Assembly (NCBI RefSeq): GCF_044704955.1
Contig: NC_091991.1
Span: 112,592,001-112,656,000 of the forward strand
DNA length: 64,000 nucleotides
Direction: 5' to 3'
From: Pristiophorus japonicus
Lineage: Eukaryota
Shown one piece after another: positions 13,576-26,100 of the stretch. How positions within the stretch are numbered: position 1 is the first letter of the stretch; each line of letters begins with the position of its first letter. The translations under genes were made by a program, and so were the position numbers. The notes under the pieces were generated by a model, which saw nothing but the letters and a program-made list of their open reading frames with translations, did not search any database and had not been told where the DNA came from.

Positions 13576-16500
13576 CATAAGAAATACGAGCAGGAGTCGG
13601 CCATTTGGCCCCTCGAACCTGCTCCGCCATTCAATATCATGGCTGATCTTATCATGGACTCAGCTCCACTTCTCTGCCCACTTCCCATAACCCTTTATTT
13701 CCTTATCGCTCAAAAATCTGTCTATCTCTGCCTTAAATATATTCAATGACCCAGCCTCCATTGCTCTCTGGGTCAGAGAATTCCATAAATCTACAACCCC
13801 GAGAAGAAATTCTTCCTCATCTCAGTTTTAAATGGTCAGCTCCTTATTCTGAGACTATGTACCCTAGTTTTAGTTTCCCGTATGAGTGGAAATATCCTCT
13901 CTGCATCCACCTTGTCGAGCCCCCTCATTATCTTATATATTTTGATCACCTCTCATTCTTCTGAATTCCAATGTGTACAGGCCCAACCTACTTATCTTCA
14001 TAAGTCAACCCCCTCATCTCCAGATTCAACCGAGTGAACCTTCTCTGAACAGCCTCCTATGCAAGTATATCCTTTCTTAAATACGGAGACTAAAAATGTA
14101 CACAGTACTCCAGGTGTGGCCTTACCAATACCCTGTACAGTTGTAGCAGGACTTCTCTGCTTTTATACTCTATCCCCCTTGCAATAAAGGCCAATATTCC
14201 ATTTGCCATCCTGATGACTTGCTGTACCTGCACACTCACTTTTTGTGTTTCATGCACAAGGACCCCCAGGTCTTTCTGTACTGCAGCATTTTTTCTCCAT
14301 TTAAATTATAATTTGCTTTTCTATTATTTCTGCAAAAGTGGATAACCTCACATTTTCCCACATTATACTCCATCTGCCAAATTTTTACCCACTCACTCAG
14401 CCTGTCTATATCCCTTTGCAGATTTTTTTGTGTCCTCCTCACAATTTGCTTTCCCACCCATCTTTGTATCATCAGCAAACTTGGCTCCATTACACTCAGT
14501 CCCTTCATCCAAGTGATTAATTTGGATTGTAAATAGTTGAGGCCCCAGCACCAATCCCTGCGACACCCCACTAGTCACTGTTTGCCAACCGGATAATGAC
14601 CCATTTATCCCGACTCTCTGTTTTCTGTTAGTGAGCCAATCCTCTATCTATGCTAATATATTACCCCCCATCCCCGTGAACTTTTATCTTGTGCAGTGAC
14701 CTCTTATGTGGCACCTTATCGAATGCCTTCTGGAAATCCAAATACACATCCATTAGTTTCCTCTTATCCACCCTGCTCATTACATCCTCAAAGAATTCCA
14801 ACAAATTTGTCAAACATGAATTCCCTTTCATAAACCATGCTGACTCTGCTTGATTGAATTATGCTTTTCCAAATGTCCCGCTAAATGCTTCCTTAATAAT
14901 GGACTCCAGCATTTTCTGCAATGAGATATTAGGCTAACTGGTCTATAGTTTCCTGCTTTCTGTCTGCCTCCTTTTTTAAATAGGGGAGTTACATTTGCAG
15001 TTTTCCAATCCACTGGGACCGCCCCAGAATCCAGGGAATTTTGATAGATTGCAACCAATGCATCTACTATCTCTGCAGCCACTTCTTTTAAGACCCTAGG
15101 ATGCAAGCCATCAGGTCCAGGCTCCCTATAGTCCCTTAATTATACGCTATTGGGATGTTTTGAGTGTCTTCGGCCGTGAAGACCGATACAAAATATTTGT
15201 TCGACGTCTCTGCCATTTCCCTATTCCCTCGTCTCATCCTCTAGGGGACCAACATTTACTTTAGCCACTCTTTTTCTTTTTATGCACCTGTAGAAACTCT
15301 TACAATCTGTTTTTATATTTCATGTTTTATCATTTTTTTTAAGTCGTTCTTTGCTGGCTTTTCAAAATTTCCCAATCCTCTGGCCTCCCACATTGTATGC
15401 CCTTGTTTTCAATTTGATACCATCCCTTATTTCCTTAGCTAGCCACAGATGGTTATCCCTTCTCTTAGTCTTTCCTTCTCATTGGGATATATTTTTATTG
15501 CGAGTTATGAAATATCTCCTTAAATGTCTGCCACTGCTCATACGCCATCCCATACTTTTAGTCTATTTTCCCAATCCACTTTAGCCAACTCTGCTCTCAC
15601 CTTTGTGGTCTCCCTTTATTTAAGCTTTTTCACCCTCCAACTGAATTCGAAATTCAACCATGTTATGGTCACTCATTCCTAGAGGATCCCTTACTACGAG
15701 ATCATTTATTAATCCTGCCTCATTTCACAGTACCAGATCTAAGAGAGCCTGCTCCCTGGTTGGTTCCACATCCTATTGTTCAAGGAAACTATCCCAGATC
15801 ACTCGATGTCCTCCTCCTCAAGGCTACCCTGGCCAATTTGCTTTGTCCAATCAATACGAAGGTTAAAATCACCCATGATTATTGCCGTCCCTTTATTACA
15901 AGCCTCCATTATTTCTCGATTTATACTCCAAACTACTGCTATTGTAGCTACTGTTAAGGGGCCTATAGACTACACCCACCAGCGACTTTTTCCTTTTATT
16001 ATTCCTCATTTCCACCCAAACTGATTCAACATCTTGATCCTCCGAGCCAATATCATTTCTCAATAATGCACTGATCTCGTCCTTTATTAACAGAGCTACC
16101 CCATCTCCTTTTCCTTTCAGTCTGTCCCTCCAAATTGTAAAATACCCCTGAATATTTAGTTCCCAGTCCTGGTCACCTTGCAACCACGTCTTTGTAATGA
16201 CTACCAGGTCATACCCATTTGTATCTATTTGTGTCGTCAACTCATTTATTTTGTTATGAATGCTACGTCCATTTGGACAAAGAGCTTTAATTTTTTTTTT
16301 TAAACCATTTTTCCCTGCTTGATTCCTATCCTTCAAATTCACTTTCTACGTTTTTGCTTTCCAATTCCAGCTTTACTCCCCTCCCTGCAGAATCTATTCT
16401 CGGGTTCCCATCCCCCTGCCAAGCTAGTTTAAACCTTCCCCAACAGCATTAGCAACCCCCCACCCCCACGAGGATATTGGTCCTAGCTCTGTGGAGGTGC
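13576..16500 (-). mobile_element. CR1 LINE ORF2 (APE endonuclease plus RT), degenerate
   Basis: Peptides [35 protein letters not shown]. Confidence 0.9.
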
Positions 16501-16876
16501 AACTAGTTAATGTTCCAGAAATATTACCAAGACGGTGCATTTTTGCTTCAGTGATAATTGGTGGAATTTTGATATCAGTAAACTATTTTTCTTGGGCAGT
16601 TTTTTTCCCTAAAGGTGCTGAATTTTGTTGGGCTAATGTTCCTCTGCTAATGGCTGCCCTCTGGCCCCTCACTCTGACTGGGCATTCTTCACACGCAAGC
16701 CTAGGCAGTGAGTTTCAACAGGCTATTTGAACATGGACAGTCATGCTCAATCCTGTCATCCAAGATACACTTTCCAATATTGGTTGCTGGATAGTGATCA
16801 GGAATGGGAACTAATTTTCAGGGTTGGAGATCAAATATAGCATCCCAAATGCTGGCTCAGCTTGGATTAAAAACAA

Positions 16877-16966
16877 TTCTATTGAAAGGTCATCGACCTG
16901 AAACATTAACTCAGTTTCTTGCTCTCCATCGATGCTGAGTGTTTTCAGCATTTTCTGTTTTTATTT
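16877..16966 (+). mobile_element. Penelope-like terminal-repeat remnant with a degenerate hammerhead core
   Basis: ctattga-a-aggtc-atc-gacct-gaaa-cattaactc followed by ...cagcattttctgtttttattt; homologous to 26633-26726 and 40880-40976. Confidence 0.55.
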
Positions 16967-17939
16967 AAGAAAAATATTAATCTCCCTATCAATAACTAGC
17001 TCAACCAATTAATATTTGTTATTGTTTATAAAGAATTGTTTCAGCAGTCACGTGCCTTTTCTTCTTCTGCCGATATCAGTTTCATAAATTCAATCAACTG
17101 GTTTACACTATGGGAATGTAACTTTTTTTTTAAAAAAACAACAGATCAATTAGTAAACAAATTAGTACAACAGTTAAAATACAGTGCTGAAGCCACAACA
17201 CTTTTCTTCCCTTTTACAATTAATGAGGAACTCAGGACAACCTCCACTTCCAATTCTCTTCCCCTCTTCTACTAAATGCAATGAGTGGTTACGGAGTACA
17301 TGCTAGCAGACTGAGAAATAGTTCGCCCAAGTGGCAATGCTTCATGCGTGAGCACAGCGAGTGCGAACCAGTTTGCACTTTTTATATAAGGGCCATCCAT
17401 TTGTTAAATGGCGTGGCTAAGATTAACAGCAATAGCACTTTCTCTACTTCTGTATAGTGACTAGATCACCAGATGATTCATTACTTGCTGCCAAGAAACA
17501 AACACAACCATTATTTGCCAAATGTTATTTATTGACTTATTTACAGGAGAGTTGTCACCTTTTTAAACCAGAAAATTTGGCAAAATCCCAGGTTGCAACT
17601 TAAAAAAAAAAATGCCATACAATTCTGAGAAAACCATGTCCAGGAACTACATCAAGATCAACAAAACCTTTTAATTTCAAAATGTGAGACAATTACAGGC
17701 TGCATAGCTATAAAGGATCGGTGTTATGACAAAGCAACACAGCCAGAACAACAATCCCTACAATTTCAAAGAACAGTTAAAAGAAAACTGACTTCCAAGT
17801 TTAAAAACCAGATGATATAGTGAGTTTATAGACACTGGCCTTTCACTTCTCGGATCTGAGATCAAATCGAGCCGTGGCTGATGGGATGAAAGTCTCTCTC
17901 CTCACTCACTCTCTCTGCTGGCTGCAAGAATCCCACGGC

Positions 17940-19025
17940 AAATGGGTTTGGGCAAAGGTTCAAGCGGGGGGGGGGAGGGAGTGAGTTCACCGCTAAAACC
18001 AGCCACTGGGCGGGAGAATATTGCAGTGGTCGAGGGGGCCATTGTTGGCCGAGCAGCCCCCGGGCCGGCAGTGGGAGTGTTTGTTGGCCGCACTTGTCCC
18101 GCTCGCCCAACACTAACCTCCCCCGAGCAGAAATGGCGGGAGTCGGGGTTGGATTTCAGAAAGGCGCCATCGCCGGAGGCGCGGGTTAAATCGCCGTCCG
18201 CCGCCGCCGCACACACTTTCTCTCTCTCTCAGACACACCCAGACCGCTTCCTTTCGGGGCCTTTCAGCCGCGGAGAGGCCGCGGCCCCTTTTGCTCCAAC
18301 AGGCCTGTGCTCCCGGGTCTGTGAAGAAGCAGTGGCGGCGGCGGAGCCTGTTCCCCGAGGCCCTGGGACGGCTTCATTGACTAGAAGTGGGGGAAGAGAG
18401 AGGACACACAAACTCGCGCTTCCAGCTTGAACACGGTAACGGGGCCTTTCCCCCCTCACCGGGAAATGGAGCAGGGCGCCGCCGGACAGTCGCTCGGACA
18501 CACGGGGAGAAATGGCGCCTCCCGCCGCCACTGAGCGGACAACCCGAGCGCCACCGCCTTCAGCTTCCGCCCGGAACATCCGCCCCGCCAAACACGGTGT
18601 GTCCCACTCCCGTACAAGATCGGCCAATGCTTAACTGTTGGGGAGGAAACAAACATAGTTAAATGTCTACACCGTCAAATAGACCATTTACATAATGCCA
18701 GGCGAGGGTTTTGGTTTCCGGTTTTGTTTGCGTGTTGGATTACAGATGGAAATGAACAATTCCCACTCTGGGCCGGGCAGCATTTAGCGGTGCACAACTG
18801 ACGTCATCCAGTCGTGCCGGCGGGTGTCGCGGGGAGATTGCGTGTCTCGCTGTTGTGGTCGGGGAGGAGAAGCTGCTCGCCTACTGGCCCGGGGCTGACA
18901 CAGGCCGGGGCACTCGGGGAAGGTGCGAACGGCCGACTCTCCTTCACAGGGGCATCGGGTGAAAGGAGAGGCGGGTTCAGGCCCGCGGGGCGGGGGGCAG
19001 CGCGGCCTGTTGTGGGCCACCCCTG
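17940..19025. promoter_or_regulatory. CpG island, likely bidirectional promoter of DXO (-) and STK19 (+)
   Basis: GC- and CpG-rich block between two divergent genes whose ATG exons both begin with splice acceptors. YY1-like AAATGGCG at about 18131 and 18510, CRE TGACGTCA at 18799-18806. Candidate donors: GTGAGG (minus, 18459) and GTGCGA (plus, 18923). Confidence 0.8.
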
Positions 19026-19087
19026 TCATTTCAAGTAAACTTCACAGTCAGATTGTTGGTCAGGAGCAAATAATGCTTTGTTGTCAC

Positions 19088-19365
19088 AAGAACATAAGAA
19101 TTAGGAGTAGGCCGTACGGCCCCTGGAGCCTGTCCCACCATTCAATGAGATCATGGCTGATCTTCTACCTCAACTCCACTTTCCTGCACTATCCCCATTT
19201 CCCTTGATTACCTTAATATCCAAAAATCTATCGCTCTCTGTCTTGAATATACTCAGACTGAGCCTCCACAGCCCTCTGGGACAGAGAATTCCAAAGATTC
19301 ACCACCCTCTGAGTGAAGAAGTGCCTCCTCATCTCAGTCCTAAATGGCCGACCCCTTATTGTGAA
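19088..19365 (-). mobile_element. CR1 3' tail fragment
   Basis: Reverse complement of the CR1 3' UTR. Confidence 0.75.
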
Positions 19366-19460
19366 CTGTGACTGTCATTAATGAGATGCCATGTGACAAC
19401 TTCACCGCTTCCACTCTGGTCCAACTGGAGATGGCATTTACTTGTGTTTCTTATTGTATC

Positions 19461-19856
19461 CTCTGAGCCAGAAGGTTGTGGATTCAAGTCCCACTGCCGG
19501 GACTTGAGCTCATAATCCAGGCTGATTCTCCCAATGCAGTGCTGAGGGAGTGCTGCTCTGTCTAACGTCTTTTCAACAACTCCCTCGGGTGAATGTAACA
19601 GATCCCACGGACACTATTGGAAGAAGAGCAGGGAAGTTCTCCCTGATGTTCTGCCCAATATTTATACCTCAACCAACATTACTAAAAACAGATTATCTGG
19701 TCATTATCACATTGCTGTTTGTGGGAGCTTGTTATGTGCAAATTGGCGACTGCATTTCCTACATTACAACAGTGTCTACACTTCAAAAGTACTTTATTGG
19801 CTGTAAAACGCTTTGGGACATCTGGAGGTCGTGAAAACTGCTGTATAAATGCAAGT
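19461..19856 (+). mobile_element. Deu-domain SINE copy
   Basis: Same body and tail as 3621-4066. Confidence 0.75.
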
Positions 19857-20040
19857 TATTTAGGTGAAATGGCTCAAGTTCTTGTAGAGCAGGTTGAATT
19901 GTATTAATTAGCACATGATGTATTATGGATGGTCATTAGGAGCAAATTATGCTGCACTTTGAAAATGACATTACAGATACGGTATATTTTACTGTGCAAT
20001 GTTTCAATTGCTATCTTTTTCATTTTTTTTCCTTGCAGCA

Positions 20041-20155
20041 ATGGATCGGAAGAGAAACCTGATACCAGACATTTTCCGGCAGGTTAAGAGACGTAAATTT
20101 GGATTAGTGGGAAATTTTAAGTTGTTGGATAAGGAGAAAGCACAAATATTTGAAG
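20041..20155 (+). CDS. STK19: STK19 first coding exon
   Basis: Polypyrimidine tract, then cag|caATG; encodes [21 protein letters not shown]...; donor GTAACG. Confidence 0.9.
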
Positions 20156-23100
20156 GTAACGCTATTTATATTCAAGTAATATAGTTATAAAATGCATTCT
20201 TTAATTTCATTTGTTGCCACAGGCTCCCATCTCTCAGTGCATTGATTTCAAAATCCTCATTGATAAGTACAGTAGCCTAGTGATTGCGGTGTTCATGAGT
20301 TCAATTCCCACCATGGCAAGCTGTGAAATTTAATTTAATAAATCTGGTAATCTGGGCGGGCATCAGAAACCATGCTGGATTGGTGTGAAAACCCAACTGG
20401 TTCACTAATGTCTTTCAGGGAAGGGAAGCTGCCACCCTTACCTGACTTGGGCCTACACATAACTCCAGTTCCCTGTTAATTCCTCAAGGCACCGAGGGAT
20501 GGGCAATAAATACTGGTCTTTCCAGTTTTATCCAATATCCTAAGAATATAAACAAAGTCCAAGCTATTAAAAAAACCCTGGACAATCCAAATGATGACAA
20601 TAACTGACTTAATCCATACTAGATATTTCTGCTAGATCTCAAATTTTTTGAATCCAGGTTAGTTTATTGTAGTTGAAAGAAAGCCCTCAATAGCTTGCCT
20701 AACCTATTTAAAATGCGCACAAATTATAGTTTTCCTTTAGATTACTTCAGTGGTGTAATTATTTTAAAATTATTTTTGTAAAGGATTTTGAAACTGAACA
20801 ATGACAATTCTTCACTTTTTTACAAATTTTTTTAATAGGTGTGCCAAATGATACTAAATCTGCGCTGATCTTTCTAGCATCCTTGTTCCCCCGTAAGTTA
20901 TTTGATGATTCTCTTCCACCTATAGTTCTAAAACACCAACTTTACAGCATTGTTAAAGACAAAACCACAGTTGATCGCCAGCTGGTAAGTCCCATCACTG
21001 TGTAAAGCTATTGTGTGCGTTGGCTAAGTATGTGGGGAACTGGCTAAGATAGAAATGTATGTATGTTGGCCAATAAAGCCAGTTACATAGGTATGAAGGG
21101 CGAGTTGACTAAGTCAGATTGGAAAAAAGGTATGGCAGTAGATAAGCAGTGGCTAGCATTTAAAGAAACATTTCATAATTCTCAACAAAAATACATTCCA
21201 TTGAGAAACAAAAACTTCACAGGAAAAGTGATCCATCTGTGGCTAACTAAAGAAGTTAAGGATAGCATTAGATTGAAAGAAGAAGCTTATAATGTTGCAA
21301 AGAATAGTAGTAAGCATGAGGATTAGGAGAGTTTCAGAAACCAGCAAAGGATGAAAATTTAAAATTATAAAAAGGAATAAATAAACTAGGAGAGAAAATT
21401 TGCAAGAAATATAAAAGCAGATTGTAAGAGCTTCTACAATTGTGTAAAAAGGAAGAGTGTAGCAAAAGTAAACACTGGTCTTTTAGAGGATGAGGCAGGA
21501 GAAATTATCACGGGGAATAAGGAAATGGCAGAAATGTTAACCAGATATCTTGTATCTATCTTCACAGTAGAAGATGCAAAAAGCATACCTAAAATAAGGG
21601 TGAAGAGCTTAATGTAATTAATATAAGTAGAGAAAAAGTACTAGAGAAACTAATGAGACTAAAAGCCGACAAATCCCCTCAACCTGACGCCCGACATCCT
21701 AGGATTCTAAAAGAGGTAGCTGCAGAGATGGTGGATGCACTGGTTTTGATCTTTCAAAATTCCATAGATTCTAGAACGGTCCCAGCGGATTGGAAGGTGA
21801 CAAACATAACACTGCTATTCAAGAAAGGAGGGAGAGAGAAAACAGGGAACTACAGGCCAGTTAGCCTAACGTCAGTCGTCGGGGAAAATGCTGGAATCCA
21901 TTGTAAAGGAAGTGGTCTCAGGGCACTTGGAAAATCATAACATGATTAGGCAGAGTCAACATGGTTTTATGAAAGGGAAATCATGTTTGACAAATTTAAT
22001 TTAGAATTTTTTGAGGATGTAACAGCATAGATAAAAGGGAACCAGTGGACGTAGTATATTTGGATTTCCAAAAGCATTCGATAAGGTGCCATATAAAAGA
22101 TTATGACATAAGATAAGGGCTCATGGGATTGGAGGTACAGTTGGACTCTCTTATCCGGCACCACCCCTCGTCCGGCACCATTCCCGGCCACCAGATGGCG
22201 CATGCGCAGAACTCCGAACCCCCACCACAGGTTTCTCATTCCCTTTTTTGGCACAACGGTGAAACCTTTCCTCTTATTTAATTAAATCATTCACCTAAAC
22301 AGAAAATCCACACACTTACTAGAAAGAAAGTTATTAGCAGGAGCAGAAGCCCCACCCTCTCAACCTAGAGCACCTGGGGGCCCGACGGCCCGCTGACACC
22401 TCAGGGCTCGCTCGGCCCGCCAACATCACACTGACTGTCTGATTGACAATTGTTTCAGCCAATCGGCACACACACACACACTGAAAACATGTGACCTCCC
22501 ATTATCCGGAAATATCCCTTATTCGGAACAGGCCAGGTCCCGAGTGTGCCGGATAAGGGAAGTTCAACCTATACTGTATTAGCATGAATGGAGGATTGGT
22601 TAAAGGACAGAAAACAGAGAGTAGGGATAAATGGGGCTTTTTCAGGTTGACAGACTGTAACTAGTGGGGAGCCGCAAAGATCAGTGCTGGGGCCTCAGCT
22701 ATTTACAATCTATATTAATGACCTAGATGAAGGGACCGAGTGCAATGTATCCAAGTTTGCTGACATAGACACATAGAAAATAGGTGCAGGAGTAGGCCAT
22801 TTGGCCCTTCGAGCCTGCACCGCCATTCAATGAGTTCATGGCTGAACATGCAACTTCAGTACACCATTCCTGCTTTCTCGCCATACACCTTGATCACCCT
22901 AGTAGTAAGGACTACATCTAACTCCTTTTTGAATATATTTAGTGAATTGGCCTCAACAACTTTCTATGGTAGAGAATTCCACAGGTTCACAACTCTCTGG
23001 GTGAAGAAGTTTCTCCTCATCTCGGTCCTAAATGGCTTACCCCTTATCCTTAGACTGTGACCCCTGGTTCTGGACTTCCCCAACATTGGGAACATTCTTC

Positions 23101-26100
23101 CTGCATCTAACCTGTCTAAACCCGTCAGAATTTTAAACGTTTCTATGAGATCCCCTCTCATTCTTCTGAACTCCAGTGAATACAAGCCCAGTTGATCCAG
23201 TCTTTCTTGATACATCAGTCCCACCATCCCGGGAATCATTCTGGTGAACCTTCGCTGCACTCCCTCAATAGCAAGAATGTCCTTCCTCAAGTTAGGAGAC
23301 CAAAACTGTACACAATACTCCAGGTGTGGCCTCACCAAGGCCCTGTACAACTGTAGTAACACCTCCCTGCCCCTGTACTCAAATCCCCTTGCTATGAAGG
23401 CCAACATGCCATTTGCTTTCTTAACTGCCTGCTTTACCTGCATGCCAGCCTTCAATGACTGATGTACCATGACACCCAGGTCTCGTTGCACCTCCCCTTT
23501 TCCTAATCTGTCACCATTAAGATAATAGTCTGTCTCTCTGTTTTTACCACCAAAGTGGATAAACCTCACATTTATCCACATTATACTTCATCTGCCATGC
23601 ATTTGTCCACTCACCTAACCTATCCAAGTCACTCTGCAGCTCTCACTGCCACCCAACTTAGTGTCATCTGCAAATTTGGAGATACTACATTTAATCCCCT
23701 CATCTAAATCATTAATGTACAATGTAAACAGCTGGGGCCCCAGCACAGAACCTTGCGGTACCCCACTAGTCACTGCCTGCCATTCTGAAAAGTACCTATT
23801 TACTCCTACTCTTTGCTTCCTGTCTGCCAACCAGTTCTCAATCCACATCAGCACACTACCCCCAATCCCATGTGCTTTAACTTTGCACATTAATCTCTTG
23901 TGTGGGACCTTGTCGAAAGCCTTCTGAAAGTCCAAATACACCACATCAACTGGTTCTCCCTTGTCCACTCTACTGGAAACATCCTCAAAAAATTCCAGAA
24001 GATATGTCAAGCATGATTTCCCTTTCACAAATCCATGCTGACTTGGGCCTATCATGTCACCTCTTTCCAAATGCGCTGCTATGACATCCTTAATAATTGA
24101 TTCTATCATTTTACTCACTACCGATGTCAGGCTGACCGGTCTATAATTCCCTGTTTTCTCTCTCCCTCCTTTTTTAAAAAGTGGGGTTACATTGGCTACC
24201 CTCCACTCCATAGGAACTGATCCAGAGTCTATGGAATGTTGGAAAATGACTGTCAATGCATCCGCTATTTCCAAGGCCACCTCCTTAAGTACTCTGGGAT
24301 GCAGTCCATCAGGCCCTGGGGATTTATCGACCTTCAATCCCATCAATTTCCCCAACACAATTTCCCGACTAATAAGGATTTCCCTCAGTTCCTCCTTCTT
24401 ATTAGACCCTCTGACCCCTTTTATATCCGGAAGGTTGTTTGTGTCCTCCTTAGTAAATACCGAACCAAAGTACTTCTTCAATTGGTCTGCCATTTCTTTG
24501 TTCCCAGTTATGACTTCCCCTGATTCTGACTGCAGAGGACCTACATTTGTCTTTACTAACCTTTTTCTCTTCACATATCTATAGAAACTTTTGCAGTCCG
24601 TCTTAATGTTCCCTGCAAGCTTCTTCTCGTACTCTATTTTCCCTGCCCTAATCAAACCCTTTGTCCTCCTCTGCTGAGTTCTAAATTTCTCCCAGTCCCC
24701 GGGTTCACTGCTATTTCTGGCCAATTTGTATGCCACTTCCTTGGCTTTAATACTATCCCTGATTTCCCTTGATAGCCACCTTCCCTTTTTTATTTTTACG
24801 CCAGACAGGGATGTACAATTGTTGAAGTTCATCCATGCGGTCTCTAAATGTCTGCCATTGCCCATCCACAGTCAACCCCTTAAGTATCATTCGCCAATCT
24901 TTCCTAGCCAATTCACGCCTCATACCTTCAAAGTTACCCTTCTTTAAGTTCTGGACCATGGTCTCTGAATTAACTGTTTCATTCTCCATCCTAATGTAGA
25001 ATTCCACCATATTATGATCACTCTTCCCCAAGGGGCCTCGCACAACGAGATTGCTAATTAATCCTCTCTCATTACACAACACCCAGTCTAAGATGGCCTC
25101 CCCCCTAGTTGGTTCCTCGACATATTGGTCTAGAAAACCATCCCTTATGCACTCCAGGAAATCCTCCTCCACCGTATTGCTTCCAGTTGGGTAAGCCCAA
25201 TCTATATGCATATTAAAGTCACCCATGATAACTGCTGCACCTTTATTGCATGCACCCCTAAATTCCTGTTTGATGCCCTCCCCAACATCACTACTACTGT
25301 TTGGAGGTCTGTACACAACTCCCACTAATGTTTTTTGCCCTTTGGTGTTCTGTAGCTCTACCCATATAGATTCCACATCATCCAAGCTAATGTCCTTCCT
25401 AACTATTGCATTAATCTCCTCTTTAACTAGCAATGCTACCTCATCTCCTTTTCCTTTTATTCTATCCTTCCTGAATGTTGAACACCCTTGGATGTTGAGT
25501 TCCCAGCCCTGATCATCCTGGAGCCACGTCTCTGTAATCCCAATCACATCATATCTGTGAACATCTATTTGCACAGTTAATTCATCCACCTTATTACGGA
25601 TACTCCTTGCATTAAGACACAAAGCCTTCAGGCTTGTTTTTTTAACACCCTTTGTCCTTTTAGAATTATGATGTAGTGTGGCCCTTTTTGTTTCTTGCCG
25701 ATACAAAGCTAGGTGGGACAGTAAGCTGTGAGGAGAACACAAAGCTTCACATAGACAGACTAAGTGAGTGGGCAGTGAGGTGCCAGATGGAGTATAATGT
25801 GGGGAAATGTGAGGTTATTCACTTTAGTAGGAAGAATAGAAAAACAAAATATTTTTTAAATGGTGAGAAACTTTTAAATGTTGATGTTCAGAGAGATTTG
25901 GGTGTCCTTGTGCAAGAAACACAGAAAGCTAGCATACAGGTACAGCAAGCAATAAGGAAGGCAAATGGCATGTTGTCCTTTATTGCAAGGGGGTTGGAGT
26001 ATAAGAGTAAGGAAGTCTGGCTACAATCGTACAGGGCCTTGGTGAGACCACACCTGGAGTACTGTGCACAGTTTTGGTCTCCTTATCTAAGGAAGGATAT

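Noticed and set aside
17862-19207. Cluster of overlapping ORFs of 70-160 aa
   Set aside because: Expected in a GC-rich CpG island; no recognisable domains.
22764-25698. Active autonomous LINE
   Set aside because: ORF2 is broken into three frames and ORF1 and the 5' UTR are missing.
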